Shown: piece by piece, positions 9,075 through 17,875 of the stretch | Layout of the letters: each line of letters begins with the position of its first letter | How positions within the stretch are numbered: the first letter of the stretch is position 1 | From: Candidatus Krumholzibacteriota bacterium | Lineage (GTDB): Bacteria > Krumholzibacteriota > Krumholzibacteriia > JAJRXK01 | DNA: 64,000 nt | Direction: 5' to 3' | Assembly: GCA_963806035.1 (NCBI GenBank) | Contig: CAWDWO010000013.1 | Location: 86,803 to 150,802 of the forward strand | Notes under the pieces: model-generated | The model's database searches: none | What the model was told of the DNA's origin: nothing | What the model saw: the letters and a program-made list of their open reading frames with translations, nothing else | Program-made: the position numbers and the translations under genes

Positions 9075-10820
9075 ATGAAACGATCATTACAGATCAAAGC
9101 CGCGCTCATCGTGGTGCTGGCGATCTGGGCTGGAATCAATCTCTGGCCCACGCTGCAACTCAGCCGCATGAGCGCCGCAAAAGAGAAGGCCCTGGCCTCC
9201 ACTCCCGAGGGCCTGACCAAACTCGACAAGCTGCACTCCCACGCGATCAAGCGGGGTCTCGACCTTCAGGGTGGGATGTACCTGGTGCTCGACGTGGATC
9301 AGAGCACGGTGGAAAAGGGCACCTCCGAGGACGCGATCAAGCGCACGCTGGAGATCCTGCGCAACCGCATCGACCAGTTCGGAGTCTCCGAACCCGACGT
9401 GCGCCGCGAAGGCACTTCCCGGATCATCGTCCAGTTGCCCGGTCTGCAGGACGCCGAACGCGCCAAGCGCCTCATCGGCAAGACCGCGCGTCTGGAGTTC
9501 CGCATGGTGCGAGAGGGCGCGGACGTGACCAGCCTTTTGGCGCGTCTGGATCGCGTGCTGGCCGCGAACGGCAGCTTGCCGGATTCGGTCGAGACCGCTC
9601 TGGACCAAGAGAGCGAACTCAGCGCGAGTGACTCCACCGCCGCCGATTCGAGTTCCACGAAGATGGCGCAGGCCGCCTCCGACAGCTCCAAGGGCGATCT
9701 TCTGAGTGACCTCGGAGGAAAGGACGAGGAGTCGACGGGCGAGGTGGGAGACTGGGAGAAGGAGCACCCGCTCACCTCTCTCATGGGGCCCTTCCTGAAG
9801 AACCGTGGCGCGCTTCCGGTCAGCGAGGCGAACAAGCCGCGCGTGGATGCTCTGCTCCATACGCCCGAGGCGCAACGCATCATGCCTCGTGATGTGGAAT
9901 GGCTGTGGGGAAGCGAGCAGCTCACCGGCAACGACGGACGCCCGGCGTTTCTGCTCTACCTGGTGGACAAGAAAGTCGAACTCACCGGAGGTGAGGTCCG
10001 CAACGCCGGAGTCTCGCCCGATCCCGACCGGCCGCCTCTGCTCATGGTCAATCTGGGCTTCAGCCGGCGCGGCGGCATCAAGTTCGCCAACGTGACCGGC
10101 GCCAACGTCGGCCGCAAGCTGGGCATCGTGCTCGACGACGTGGTCATCAGCGCGCCCAACATTCGCCAGCGCATTCCCAACGGTTCGGCCGTGATCTCCG
10201 GTGGATTCGAGAGAGACACCGAAGCGCGCGATCTGGCCCTGATGCTCAGAGCCGGTGCCCTTCCCGCCGACGTCAAAATCGCCGAAGAGCGCACGGTGGG
10301 ACCGAGTCTGGGACGCGACTCCATCAAGCAGGGAGTGAACGCGGCCATCCTGGGCTTCATCGTGGTCGTTCTCTTCATCATCCTCTACTACCGCATGGCG
10401 GGGGTGCTGGCCACCTTCGGTCTCTTCGTAACCCTGTTGCTGTTGATGGGACTTCTGGCGCAGCTCCACCTCACCCTGACGCTCCCGGGTATCGCCGGGA
10501 TCATCTTGACGGTGGGCATGGCGGTCGACGCCAACGTCCTCATCTTCGAACGAATACGCGAAGAACTTCGCGCGGGGAAGACGGTGCGGGCATCGATCGA
10601 CGCGGGCTACGCGAATGCCACACGTACCATCGTCGATGCCAACATCACCACCTTCATCGCCGCGGTCGTGCTGTACTACTTCGGAACCGGCCCCATCAAG
10701 GGCTTCGCAGTCACGCTGAGCATCGGGATTTTGACCAGTATGTTCTCCGCGTTGATTTTCACCCGAACGGTCTATGACTTCTGGCTGCAGGGACGTACGC
10801 CCCGCAAGCTGAGCATTTAA
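9075..10820 (+). CDS. secD: Protein translocase subunit SecD
   Basis: GLDLQGG, RNRIDQFGVSEP, RAGALP, VGPSLG and GMAVDANVLIFERIREE motifs. Confidence 0.97.
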   Translation: MKRSLQIKAALIVVLAIWAGINLWPTLQLSRMSAAKEKALASTPEGLTKLDKLHSHAIKRGLDLQGGMYLVLDVDQSTVEKGTSEDAIKRTLEILRNRIDQFGVSEPDVRREGTSRIIVQLPGLQDAERAKRLIGKTARLEFRMVREGADVTSLLARLDRVLAANGSLPDSVETALDQESELSASDSTAADSSSTKMAQAASDSSKGDLLSDLGGKDEESTGEVGDWEKEHPLTSLMGPFLKNRGALPVSEANKPRVDALLHTPEAQRIMPRDVEWLWGSEQLTGNDGRPAFLLYLVDKKVELTGGEVRNAGVSPDPDRPPLLMVNLGFSRRGGIKFANVTGANVGRKLGIVLDDVVISAPNIRQRIPNGSAVISGGFERDTEARDLALMLRAGALPADVKIAEERTVGPSLGRDSIKQGVNAAILGFIVVVLFIILYYRMAGVLATFGLFVTLLLLMGLLAQLHLTLTLPGIAGIILTVGMAVDANVLIFERIREELRAGKTVRASIDAGYANATRTIVDANITTFIAAVVLYYFGTGPIKGFAVTLSIGILTSMFSALIFTRTVYDFWLQGRTPRKLSI

Positions 10821-10833
10821 GGGGACGGGCACC

Positions 10834-11766
10834 ATGCAGTTTTTGACCGACAAACACATTGATTTCCTGGGCAAGAAGAAGATCGCGGCCACGATCTCCA
10901 TGTTGCTCATCCTGGCGGGAGTCGTCTCCTTGATCGTCAAGCACGGGCCGCTCTTGTCCATCGACTTCCGGGGCGGCTCCATCGTGGAGCTGCGCATCAC
11001 ACCCGCGCCCGAGGTTTCCAAAGTCCGCAGCGCCCTGGCCGAGGGCGGGATCAAGGTCTCCCAGGTGACCACCTTCGGGGGACCCCAAGAGGTCCTCATC
11101 TACGTGGACAAGCTGGATGAGAGCGAAGCGGTGACCGGAGAGCACCAGACCGTGCAAGGCGTCGTCGCGAAAGCCTTGCCCGATCATCAGGTCGAGTTGC
11201 GCCGCGAGGAAACGGTCGGGCCGAAGATCGGCGAGGAGTTACGGAAGGGTGCGACCAACGCGATCTTCGTATCGCTGATCCTCATCGTGCTCTACATCAC
11301 CTTCCGTTTCGTCTTCAACTTCGGATTGGCGGCAGTGCTCACTCTGGTGCACGACGTCTTGATCACGCTGGGACTCTTCTCGTTGATGAACAAGGAGATC
11401 AGCCTCAGCATCGTGGCTGCATTTCTGACCATCATCGGGTATTCGCTGAACGATACCATCGTCGTCTTCGACCGCATTCGCGAGAACATGCGCCTGCGGC
11501 GCAAGGAGAGCTACGAAGATGTCGTCAATCGCAGCATCAACGAGACCCTCAGCCGCACGATCATCACCTCGCTGACCACGGTCTTCGTGGCGTTCATCCT
11601 CTACTTGATCGGTGGGGCGGTGATCCATGATTTCGCCTTCGCACTGACGGTCGGGATCGTGGTGGGTACCTATTCCTCGATCTACGTATCGAGCCCGCTG
11701 GTCATCCTGTGGTACAAGTGGCGTTCTTCGGATCGCAAGCGCGGAAAGCGTGGCGCTCTGGCCTGA
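10834..11766 (+). CDS. secF: Protein translocase subunit SecF
   Basis: IDFRGG, VGPKIGEEL, HDV, GYSLNDTIVVFDRIRE and GTYSS motifs. Confidence 0.97.
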   Translation: MQFLTDKHIDFLGKKKIAATISMLLILAGVVSLIVKHGPLLSIDFRGGSIVELRITPAPEVSKVRSALAEGGIKVSQVTTFGGPQEVLIYVDKLDESEAVTGEHQTVQGVVAKALPDHQVELRREETVGPKIGEELRKGATNAIFVSLILIVLYITFRFVFNFGLAAVLTLVHDVLITLGLFSLMNKEISLSIVAAFLTIIGYSLNDTIVVFDRIRENMRLRRKESYEDVVNRSINETLSRTIITSLTTVFVAFILYLIGGAVIHDFAFALTVGIVVGTYSSIYVSSPLVILWYKWRSSDRKRGKRGALA

Positions 11767-11790
11767 GAAGGATGCTTCTTCGCTTTGCCG

Positions 11791-11822
11791 GGCCGTCCCG
11801 ATCTACTCGGGGCGGCCTTTTT
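11791..11822 (+). terminator. Intrinsic terminator after secF
   Basis: GGCCGTCCCGA-TCTAC-TCGGGGCGGCC stem followed by TTTTT. Confidence 0.75.
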
Positions 11823-11911
11823 CGTGCCTGAAAACGGGCGAAGGTGTCCAGGACGGCGCGCAGATGCTATCCTCTACAGGTCGCCCCGTCACATCCACCC
11901 GTGGAGGGCCC

Positions 11912-12454
11912 ATGCTTCGCTCTCTCGCACCGAAATTCTTGCTCTCTCTCCTCGCTCTCGGTCTGCTCTGTGAGGGATCCGCCGCTCAGACCAAGGCGGC
12001 GAAAGTGACGCGGCATGACACGACCAGGATCAAGAGCGTGGCTGCTCCCGTGCGAAAACTGGCTCCCGAGATGCGCCCTCTGGCGATTGCCGCCGAGAAG
12101 GCCTTTCTCGAGCTGGGCGCCGCATTCACCGAGGGTGACGCGGAGAAGGCCACGGCACTCATGGACGAAGGGGAAATCCTCTTTCAACTCGAACCTCCAC
12201 AGAGCGACGCGTCACTGAAGGACGAGGAACCGCTGCGCAGCCATCAGCAGGTGTTCTACCTGTTGAAGGCGTTCTTCGCGCAGCACTCCATCGAGGAGTC
12301 ACACTGTCCATGCCCACAGGATTTCGACAATCCTGACAGCGCTCACGGCGTCCTCGAGCTGGAGCTGGACGATTCGAGTTTGCGCCGTTTCTATGTGAGA
12401 CTCCGTCGCGTGGAACATGAGTGGCGTGTGAGCGAACTGCGCGCTCTTCCCTGA
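11912..12454 (+). CDS. Secreted hypothetical protein, DUF4783-like (NTF2-like)
   Basis: GGAGG RBS, signal peptide, and an AF..GDA / QV..LLKAFF..H / FYVRLRR...WRV.ELR pattern recalling DUF4783. An extended -10 TGCTATCCT lies at about 11865. Confidence 0.55.
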   Translation: MLRSLAPKFLLSLLALGLLCEGSAAQTKAAKVTRHDTTRIKSVAAPVRKLAPEMRPLAIAAEKAFLELGAAFTEGDAEKATALMDEGEILFQLEPPQSDASLKDEEPLRSHQQVFYLLKAFFAQHSIEESHCPCPQDFDNPDSAHGVLELELDDSSLRRFYVRLRRVEHEWRVSELRALP

Positions 12455-12485
12455 TGGAAGTCGAGCGTCGCCGGATGGACTGCTA

Positions 12486-15400
12486 ATGGTGCGAACCTTT
12501 CCCCTTTGGGTCGTTCTCGCTCTGGGTGCGCTGCTTCTCTCCACCACTGGCGAGGCGGTGATCTGGCCCTCCGCCGCCCTCATTCTGAGTACCCTTGCGC
12601 TCCTGTCGTGGATGCGCGCGCGGAAATTCGTGTCGCGCGGAACCACGATCTTGCGGCTGGTGCTGCTCGTGCTCCTCTGCGCCGCTTCGCTCATGGGGCT
12701 GCGCCTGTCGAGCGTCGCGTCGCGCGAGGATGGGGTATGGTTGCGGCTCGCGCGGACTCGACTGGATACCGGGGCCGAACGGGTGCGCTCCTCCCTTCTG
12801 GAGCTCGAGCGCAACGCGCGCGCTCGCGCTCGTGAGGCGCTGCTTCCCAACGCCGACCTGGAGCTCTTGTCCCGCTCCCTGCGTCTGGCCTCCACCGATT
12901 TGGAAATAGGAATTTCGCGCTGGGAGAACGGCCAGATCATCGACTGGGCCGGTCAGGTTCCCGGCCCTGAAAGAGTGGCGCCCGGACCCCGACCGCTTTT
13001 GGTGGACCACGGTTTCCGCCGCTATTTGACCGTGTCCGCCCAAGACGCGCAGGGGCGTGTCGCCTACCTGGACGTGAGTCTGGGAATCACCCGCGAACTC
13101 TTTCCTCGCCTGGGCGTTGGCGTCGATCCGGGCCGCCTGCTCTCGGGAAAGACCGGGCTGCAGGTCAGCCTGCGGGCGGCTCCGCCCGAGCCCGAGGAGA
13201 TCACCGGTTCGCTGGAACGTGTGGTTGCCGTCCCGGAAGAGGATCCCTGGGCCTGGGTCATCCTCACCGCTCCCGGAGCGCGTGAGGAAAGGCGGATGGT
13301 GCTGGAGCACGAAGGCCGCGTGCTCGCCCTCCTGCTTCTGGCCGCGTTTTTGGTCGCCACCGCTCTGGCCTGGCGCGGCTGGAGTGGAAGAAGGGTGAAC
13401 CGCCGCAGCGTGGCGACTGCCGCCGCGCTCGCGCTCTTGGTGCTCGTCTTTCGCTTCGGAATCGATCGGGCGCAGGTGCTGCACCTCGCCTTCACGAGCG
13501 AGCACGGACTCATGCACTGGCTGCTCGAACCGGCCTACTTTGCGACCACCTGGGGCTTCGGGCTTCTGCGCAGCGTACTCGATTTCTTTTGTAGCTCCCT
13601 GGCCCTGGCCCTCGTGTTGCTGCTGCTCTTGCCTTCCTGGCTGTACTTCCTGCGCGAAGGGGAGGGGCGGGTTCGGCGTTGGACGGGCGCGATCCTGCTG
13701 CTTCTCCTCAGCGGCGCTGCCCTGGCTTGGTTGTACACTCTCCAGCGAGTGGTGGCCCAGAACGCCAATCCCAAGCTCATCGGTCTGGACGCACCCTTCT
13801 TCACCCTTCCCTTTCAAGTGCTCCACTGGGCCATGTTGCTCGCGCTCCTGGCGCCCGTCGGGTTCGTGTTTTTGGGTTGGGAGCGATGGCTGCGCCATCT
13901 CCGATTCCGCCACGTCCTGGCCTTGGTCGCGGGCTTGCTTTTGGGGGCAGCCGTTCTGCTTTTGGACGGCGGCAGCTCGCGCGCCTTCTGGGCCTTCCTC
14001 TTGCCCATCGCGGCCGTCTCGGTTTCCCGCGCGATGCAGCACCCCTCGTTCTCCGTGCGCGTGGTGGCGGCCCTGGCCCTCATCCTTTGGTTGAGCGCGA
14101 CGCAGGCGGAGGGCTTGCGTCAGGTCTACCGCGGACTGAAGGAGAGCGTGGCCACCGAACGCGCCCTCGATCGTCTGCATCCCCGCGACAACTGGCGACG
14201 GGTGCTGGTGGAGGAACTCCTTCGCGAACTCTCACAGAACACGGCGCAGTTGCGACAGCTGGCCGATCCGAATCTCGACCGCAGCAACGTCGCCTTCGAG
14301 TTGTGGGCGAGCAGCAGCAGTCTGAGCGCTCTCGGCTACGGCTCGCACATCGTCCTGCTCGACGCGGCGGGGAAGGTGCTCAGCGACTTCGACCTCGGAC
14401 TTCCCTACCAGGCCCAACCGGTGGTGATGCCCACCTCGCGCCCGATCGGCGCCGAACCCTTCGGCGTGAAGACGGTCCAGGTGCAGAGTGCTCGCGGGAC
14501 CTTTCTCGTCTATCGCGGGTGGCTGGACCTGAAGTACTTCGTGCCCAATGGTGACGCCAGCTGGCTGCGCGTGGACTTGCCCTACGGAACGACCGATCCG
14601 GCGGCGCCCATCGACTTCAAGCCGACCGGCGGTCCCAGCGCCCTCGGTTTCGCCACCGGACGGGACTTGCTCTCTCCGCGGCAGGAATTCGAGCAGCCGG
14701 TCATCATGGGACGGATGGGAGAGAAAACCGTGATCGCCGCCACCGATCCGGTTCTGGTCGGCCTGCCGGTGTCCTCCCTGGCGCAGGACGGCTCCTGGCA
14801 CCAGGTGCGGCGCAAGGGCACTCCCTACCAGGCGCAAATCGTGGGCGAAGACGGTGAGCGGCTGGTGGTGGCATTCGCGCTGCCCACCGCCAACGAACGC
14901 CTTCTGGATGCCACGCGCCTCGTGGCGCTCTATCTGGTGGCCGGCGCGCTGGGCCTGATGTGTCTGCTCCTCTTGCTGGCCTTGCGACCGGGCTCTCCAC
15001 GCTGGCCCGCGTCGCTGGGGCGGCTGGGCTACCAGGAGCGGCTGCTGGGCGCCATGGTGGTGCTAGTGCTCTTGCCCGTGATCGTGTTCGGGGTCTTCCA
15101 GAGCCGGCGTGCGTCCGCGAACTTGCGCCGCTCCAACATGGAAGAGGTCACGCGCCGGCTGGACACCGCTCTGCGCTTGCTCGCCAACGGTTTGGACGAC
15201 GCGCTGAGAATTCGTCTGGATACCGGGCCCGTCCACGATCTGCTGAGCACCGGCACCCTGCAGGAGCAGAACGAGAGCGCCGGGAACGAGCGCGATCAAG
15301 TGACGGTCTTCGATCCCAGCGGCGAAATGATCTACGACGAGAGCCATCGCGAACTCGCGCCCACCCAAAAGCACCGTCTTCTGCAGCTGTTGTCCGGCGC

Positions 15401-17045
15401 GGTTCTCGTGCTCGAGGACGACTCCACCGGCTGGTACCTGGGCCGTCTTTATCACGAGCCGGGAAGCGACAACCAGAGCTATTCCATCTATCTCAGGCGG
15501 CGGATCGAAGACGAGGACCTGGGAAGAGTAGCGCACACGGTCGGCGTGGACCTCACTCTCTTCGACGGAGCGTGGGCGGTGGTCTCGAGCCGAGATGATC
15601 TCTTCAAGGCCGGCTTGATCGTGCCGGTTCTGCCCGCCGACGCGCAGCGGCTTTTGCGGCGCGGGGGCAGTCCACGCTACGTCACCACCGAACCGGGCCA
15701 AGGTCTGGTCGTGGCACGGGCCTACACCATCGTGCCCGGTCCGGGAGAGCAGCGCCGCGGCGTCCTGGCGGGCCGCCTCTTCACCCAGGCCACAGTGGCG
15801 GCCCTGGAACAGCGGCGCAGCTATCTCTTTCTCTTCGGGCTCTCCTCTCTGGCTTTTCTTCTGGCCACCGCGGCCGGTCTCTACCTGGCCGCGCGCACCG
15901 TCAATCCGATCCTGGTGCTGCTGGGGGCGACGAGGAGAGTGGGCGCGGGAGAACTCGACGTGCGCCTACCGGAGAAGGGCGACGACGAGATCGGGGAGCT
16001 CACCCACTCCTTCAATCTGATGACTCGCGACCTGGAGCAGAGCCAGCGCAGTCTGGCGGCGCGCCGTTCCTTTCTCGAAGCCATGCTGGGAGGTTTGAGC
16101 GCAGGGGTGCTCGTTCTCGACCCCGAGTTCGCGGTGGTCGAATCCAACCCGGCCGCGGCCAAGCTCGAAGAAACGGAGACCCAGGAGCTTCTCACCCAAC
16201 TCAAAGCGCAAGATCTCTCGCAGCAGACCAACAGCACCGAGGTCGTACTCACCGGCGAGGACACACCACGGACCCTGCGGGCCGTCATTTCGCCCATCCA
16301 ACTCGAGGCGGACCGGCCCGGCTGGCTCTTGTTGTTCGACGACGTGACCGAATTGCTCTCGAGCCGCCGTCTCGCGCTCTACGCAGAAATGGCGCGCCAG
16401 GTGGCGCACGAGGTGAAGAACCCGCTGACTCCCATCCAGCTCGCGGCGCAGATGGTGCGCCAGGCCTGCCACGACGATCATCCCCGCAAGGAGCAGATCG
16501 TCGACGACAGCGTGGAGCAGATCGAGCGGCAGGTGCAACGCCTGCGCGAGATCGCTTCGGAATTCAGTTTGCTCGGTCGTCCCGATCTGCCCGAGCTAGT
16601 GGCGGTGGAGCTGGGCGATCTGTTGAGAGAGGTTCAACTTCTCTACCCCTCGCCGGATCAGAGCCACGAATTGCGCATCCACGGGGGTGAGGGGATCCAC
16701 GTACTCGCGAACCGCGAGGCGATGCTGAAGATCCTCACGAACCTGGTGGAGAACGCCTGGCAGGCCATGGGGGGCAGTGGAACGGTGGAGATCAGCGCCA
16801 CGGTGGAGGGGGAAAAGGTGCAGCTGAGGGTTGTCGACGAGGGTCCCGGCATCTCCCCCGAGGCCGAGGAGCGCCTCTTCGAGGCCTATTTTTCCACCAA
16901 GAGCTACGGCACGGGGCTGGGCCTGGTCATCTGCCGGAACCTCACAGAAAAGATGGGTGGACGTATCCATCTGACCAATCGGAGCGATCATCGCGGCGCC
17001 AGCGCGGTGGTGGAACTGCCGCGCTACCATCCCACGACTTTGTAG
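12486..17045 (+). CDS. Very large multi-TM sensor histidine kinase (HAMP-PAS-like-HisKA-HATPase, NtrY-like C-terminus)
   Basis: HAMP (DEIGELTHSFNLM), H-box MARQVAHEVKNPLTPIQL, N-box NLVENA, DEGPGI, YFSTK and GTGLGL; many TM helices in the N-terminal part. Confidence 0.88.
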   Translation: MVRTFPLWVVLALGALLLSTTGEAVIWPSAALILSTLALLSWMRARKFVSRGTTILRLVLLVLLCAASLMGLRLSSVASREDGVWLRLARTRLDTGAERVRSSLLELERNARARAREALLPNADLELLSRSLRLASTDLEIGISRWENGQIIDWAGQVPGPERVAPGPRPLLVDHGFRRYLTVSAQDAQGRVAYLDVSLGITRELFPRLGVGVDPGRLLSGKTGLQVSLRAAPPEPEEITGSLERVVAVPEEDPWAWVILTAPGAREERRMVLEHEGRVLALLLLAAFLVATALAWRGWSGRRVNRRSVATAAALALLVLVFRFGIDRAQVLHLAFTSEHGLMHWLLEPAYFATTWGFGLLRSVLDFFCSSLALALVLLLLLPSWLYFLREGEGRVRRWTGAILLLLLSGAALAWLYTLQRVVAQNANPKLIGLDAPFFTLPFQVLHWAMLLALLAPVGFVFLGWERWLRHLRFRHVLALVAGLLLGAAVLLLDGGSSRAFWAFLLPIAAVSVSRAMQHPSFSVRVVAALALILWLSATQAEGLRQVYRGLKESVATERALDRLHPRDNWRRVLVEELLRELSQNTAQLRQLADPNLDRSNVAFELWASSSSLSALGYGSHIVLLDAAGKVLSDFDLGLPYQAQPVVMPTSRPIGAEPFGVKTVQVQSARGTFLVYRGWLDLKYFVPNGDASWLRVDLPYGTTDPAAPIDFKPTGGPSALGFATGRDLLSPRQEFEQPVIMGRMGEKTVIAATDPVLVGLPVSSLAQDGSWHQVRRKGTPYQAQIVGEDGERLVVAFALPTANERLLDATRLVALYLVAGALGLMCLLLLLALRPGSPRWPASLGRLGYQERLLGAMVVLVLLPVIVFGVFQSRRASANLRRSNMEEVTRRLDTALRLLANGLDDALRIRLDTGPVHDLLSTGTLQEQNESAGNERDQVTVFDPSGEMIYDESHRELAPTQKHRLLQLLSGAVLVLEDDSTGWYLGRLYHEPGSDNQSYSIYLRRRIEDEDLGRVAHTVGVDLTLFDGAWAVVSSRDDLFKAGLIVPVLPADAQRLLRRGGSPRYVTTEPGQGLVVARAYTIVPGPGEQRRGVLAGRLFTQATVAALEQRRSYLFLFGLSSLAFLLATAAGLYLAARTVNPILVLLGATRRVGAGELDVRLPEKGDDEIGELTHSFNLMTRDLEQSQRSLAARRSFLEAMLGGLSAGVLVLDPEFAVVESNPAAAKLEETETQELLTQLKAQDLSQQTNSTEVVLTGEDTPRTLRAVISPIQLEADRPGWLLLFDDVTELLSSRRLALYAEMARQVAHEVKNPLTPIQLAAQMVRQACHDDHPRKEQIVDDSVEQIERQVQRLREIASEFSLLGRPDLPELVAVELGDLLREVQLLYPSPDQSHELRIHGGEGIHVLANREAMLKILTNLVENAWQAMGGSGTVEISATVEGEKVQLRVVDEGPGISPEAEERLFEAYFSTKSYGTGLGLVICRNLTEKMGGRIHLTNRSDHRGASAVVELPRYHPTTL

Positions 17046-17146
17046 GGGTTGGCCGGAACAGGCGGTCCTTCGTAAGGGTATGGAGAGGGGATATTCCCTC
17101 TGCGTCGCCCCAAGCCCGAAAGTTCGGCTACTCTCCGGAGTTCCAG

Positions 17147-17860
17147 ATGTCTCGATTCTCCGCCATACGAGCGCTTTCTTGGCCGGCCTTGGCCTGCCTG
17201 CTCGGGCTCCTCTTGTCCGCCGCGAGGGCGGCGGCCAGCAGCGATCCTTCGGCTCCCGAGCACCTGGGGCAGTTCACGGTGGCGCGCCTCCACTACACCG
17301 GGGGAGGAGATTGGTACTCCGATCCCAGCTCGCTGCCGAACCTGCTCGAGCAATTGCAGTTGCGAACGGGTCTGCCCACGGCTCGCGAGGACGTGCCGGT
17401 CACCCTGGACGACGAGCGGCTCTACTCGCATCCCTTTCTCTACGCCACCGGCCACGGCACCATCGCGCTCTCGCCGCAGGATCTCGCCCGCCTCCGCCGC
17501 TATCTGGATGCTGGAGGATTCTGGTGGGTCGACGATAACTACGGTTTCGATCGCTCCTTTCGCCGCACCGTGTCCCAGCTCTATCCCGACGACCAACTGG
17601 TGCCCTTGAGCAGCGACCATCCCATTTATCGCGCATACTACGATTTGCCCGGACTGCCGAAGATCCACTACCACGACGGCGATCCCGCACAGGGCTTCGG
17701 CCTCTTCCGCAACGGGAGAATGGTGATCTTCTACAGCTGGAGCAGCGACATCGGAGACGGTCTCGAGGATCCCAGCGTGCACGGGGACCCCGCGAATCTG
17801 CGCGAAGCCGCCATGAAGATGGCCATCAACGTCTGCATCTATGCTTTGACACAACCCTAG
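17147..17860 (+). CDS. DUF4159 family protein, exported
   Basis: ARLHYTGGGDWYSDP, PFLYATGHG, GGFWWVDDNYG, HPIY, GLPKIH and DIGDG motifs. Confidence 0.85.
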   Translation: MSRFSAIRALSWPALACLLGLLLSAARAAASSDPSAPEHLGQFTVARLHYTGGGDWYSDPSSLPNLLEQLQLRTGLPTAREDVPVTLDDERLYSHPFLYATGHGTIALSPQDLARLRRYLDAGGFWWVDDNYGFDRSFRRTVSQLYPDDQLVPLSSDHPIYRAYYDLPGLPKIHYHDGDPAQGFGLFRNGRMVIFYSWSSDIGDGLEDPSVHGDPANLREAAMKMAINVCIYALTQP

Positions 17861-17875
17861 GAGCGCTTCTTGGCC

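Noticed and set aside
9087..11099. Long antisense or alternate-frame ORFs (e.g. 9087-11099, 17024-18745, 60425-62128, 62136-63944)
   Set aside because: Shadow ORFs of GC-rich codon usage opposite well-supported genes; no recognisable motifs.
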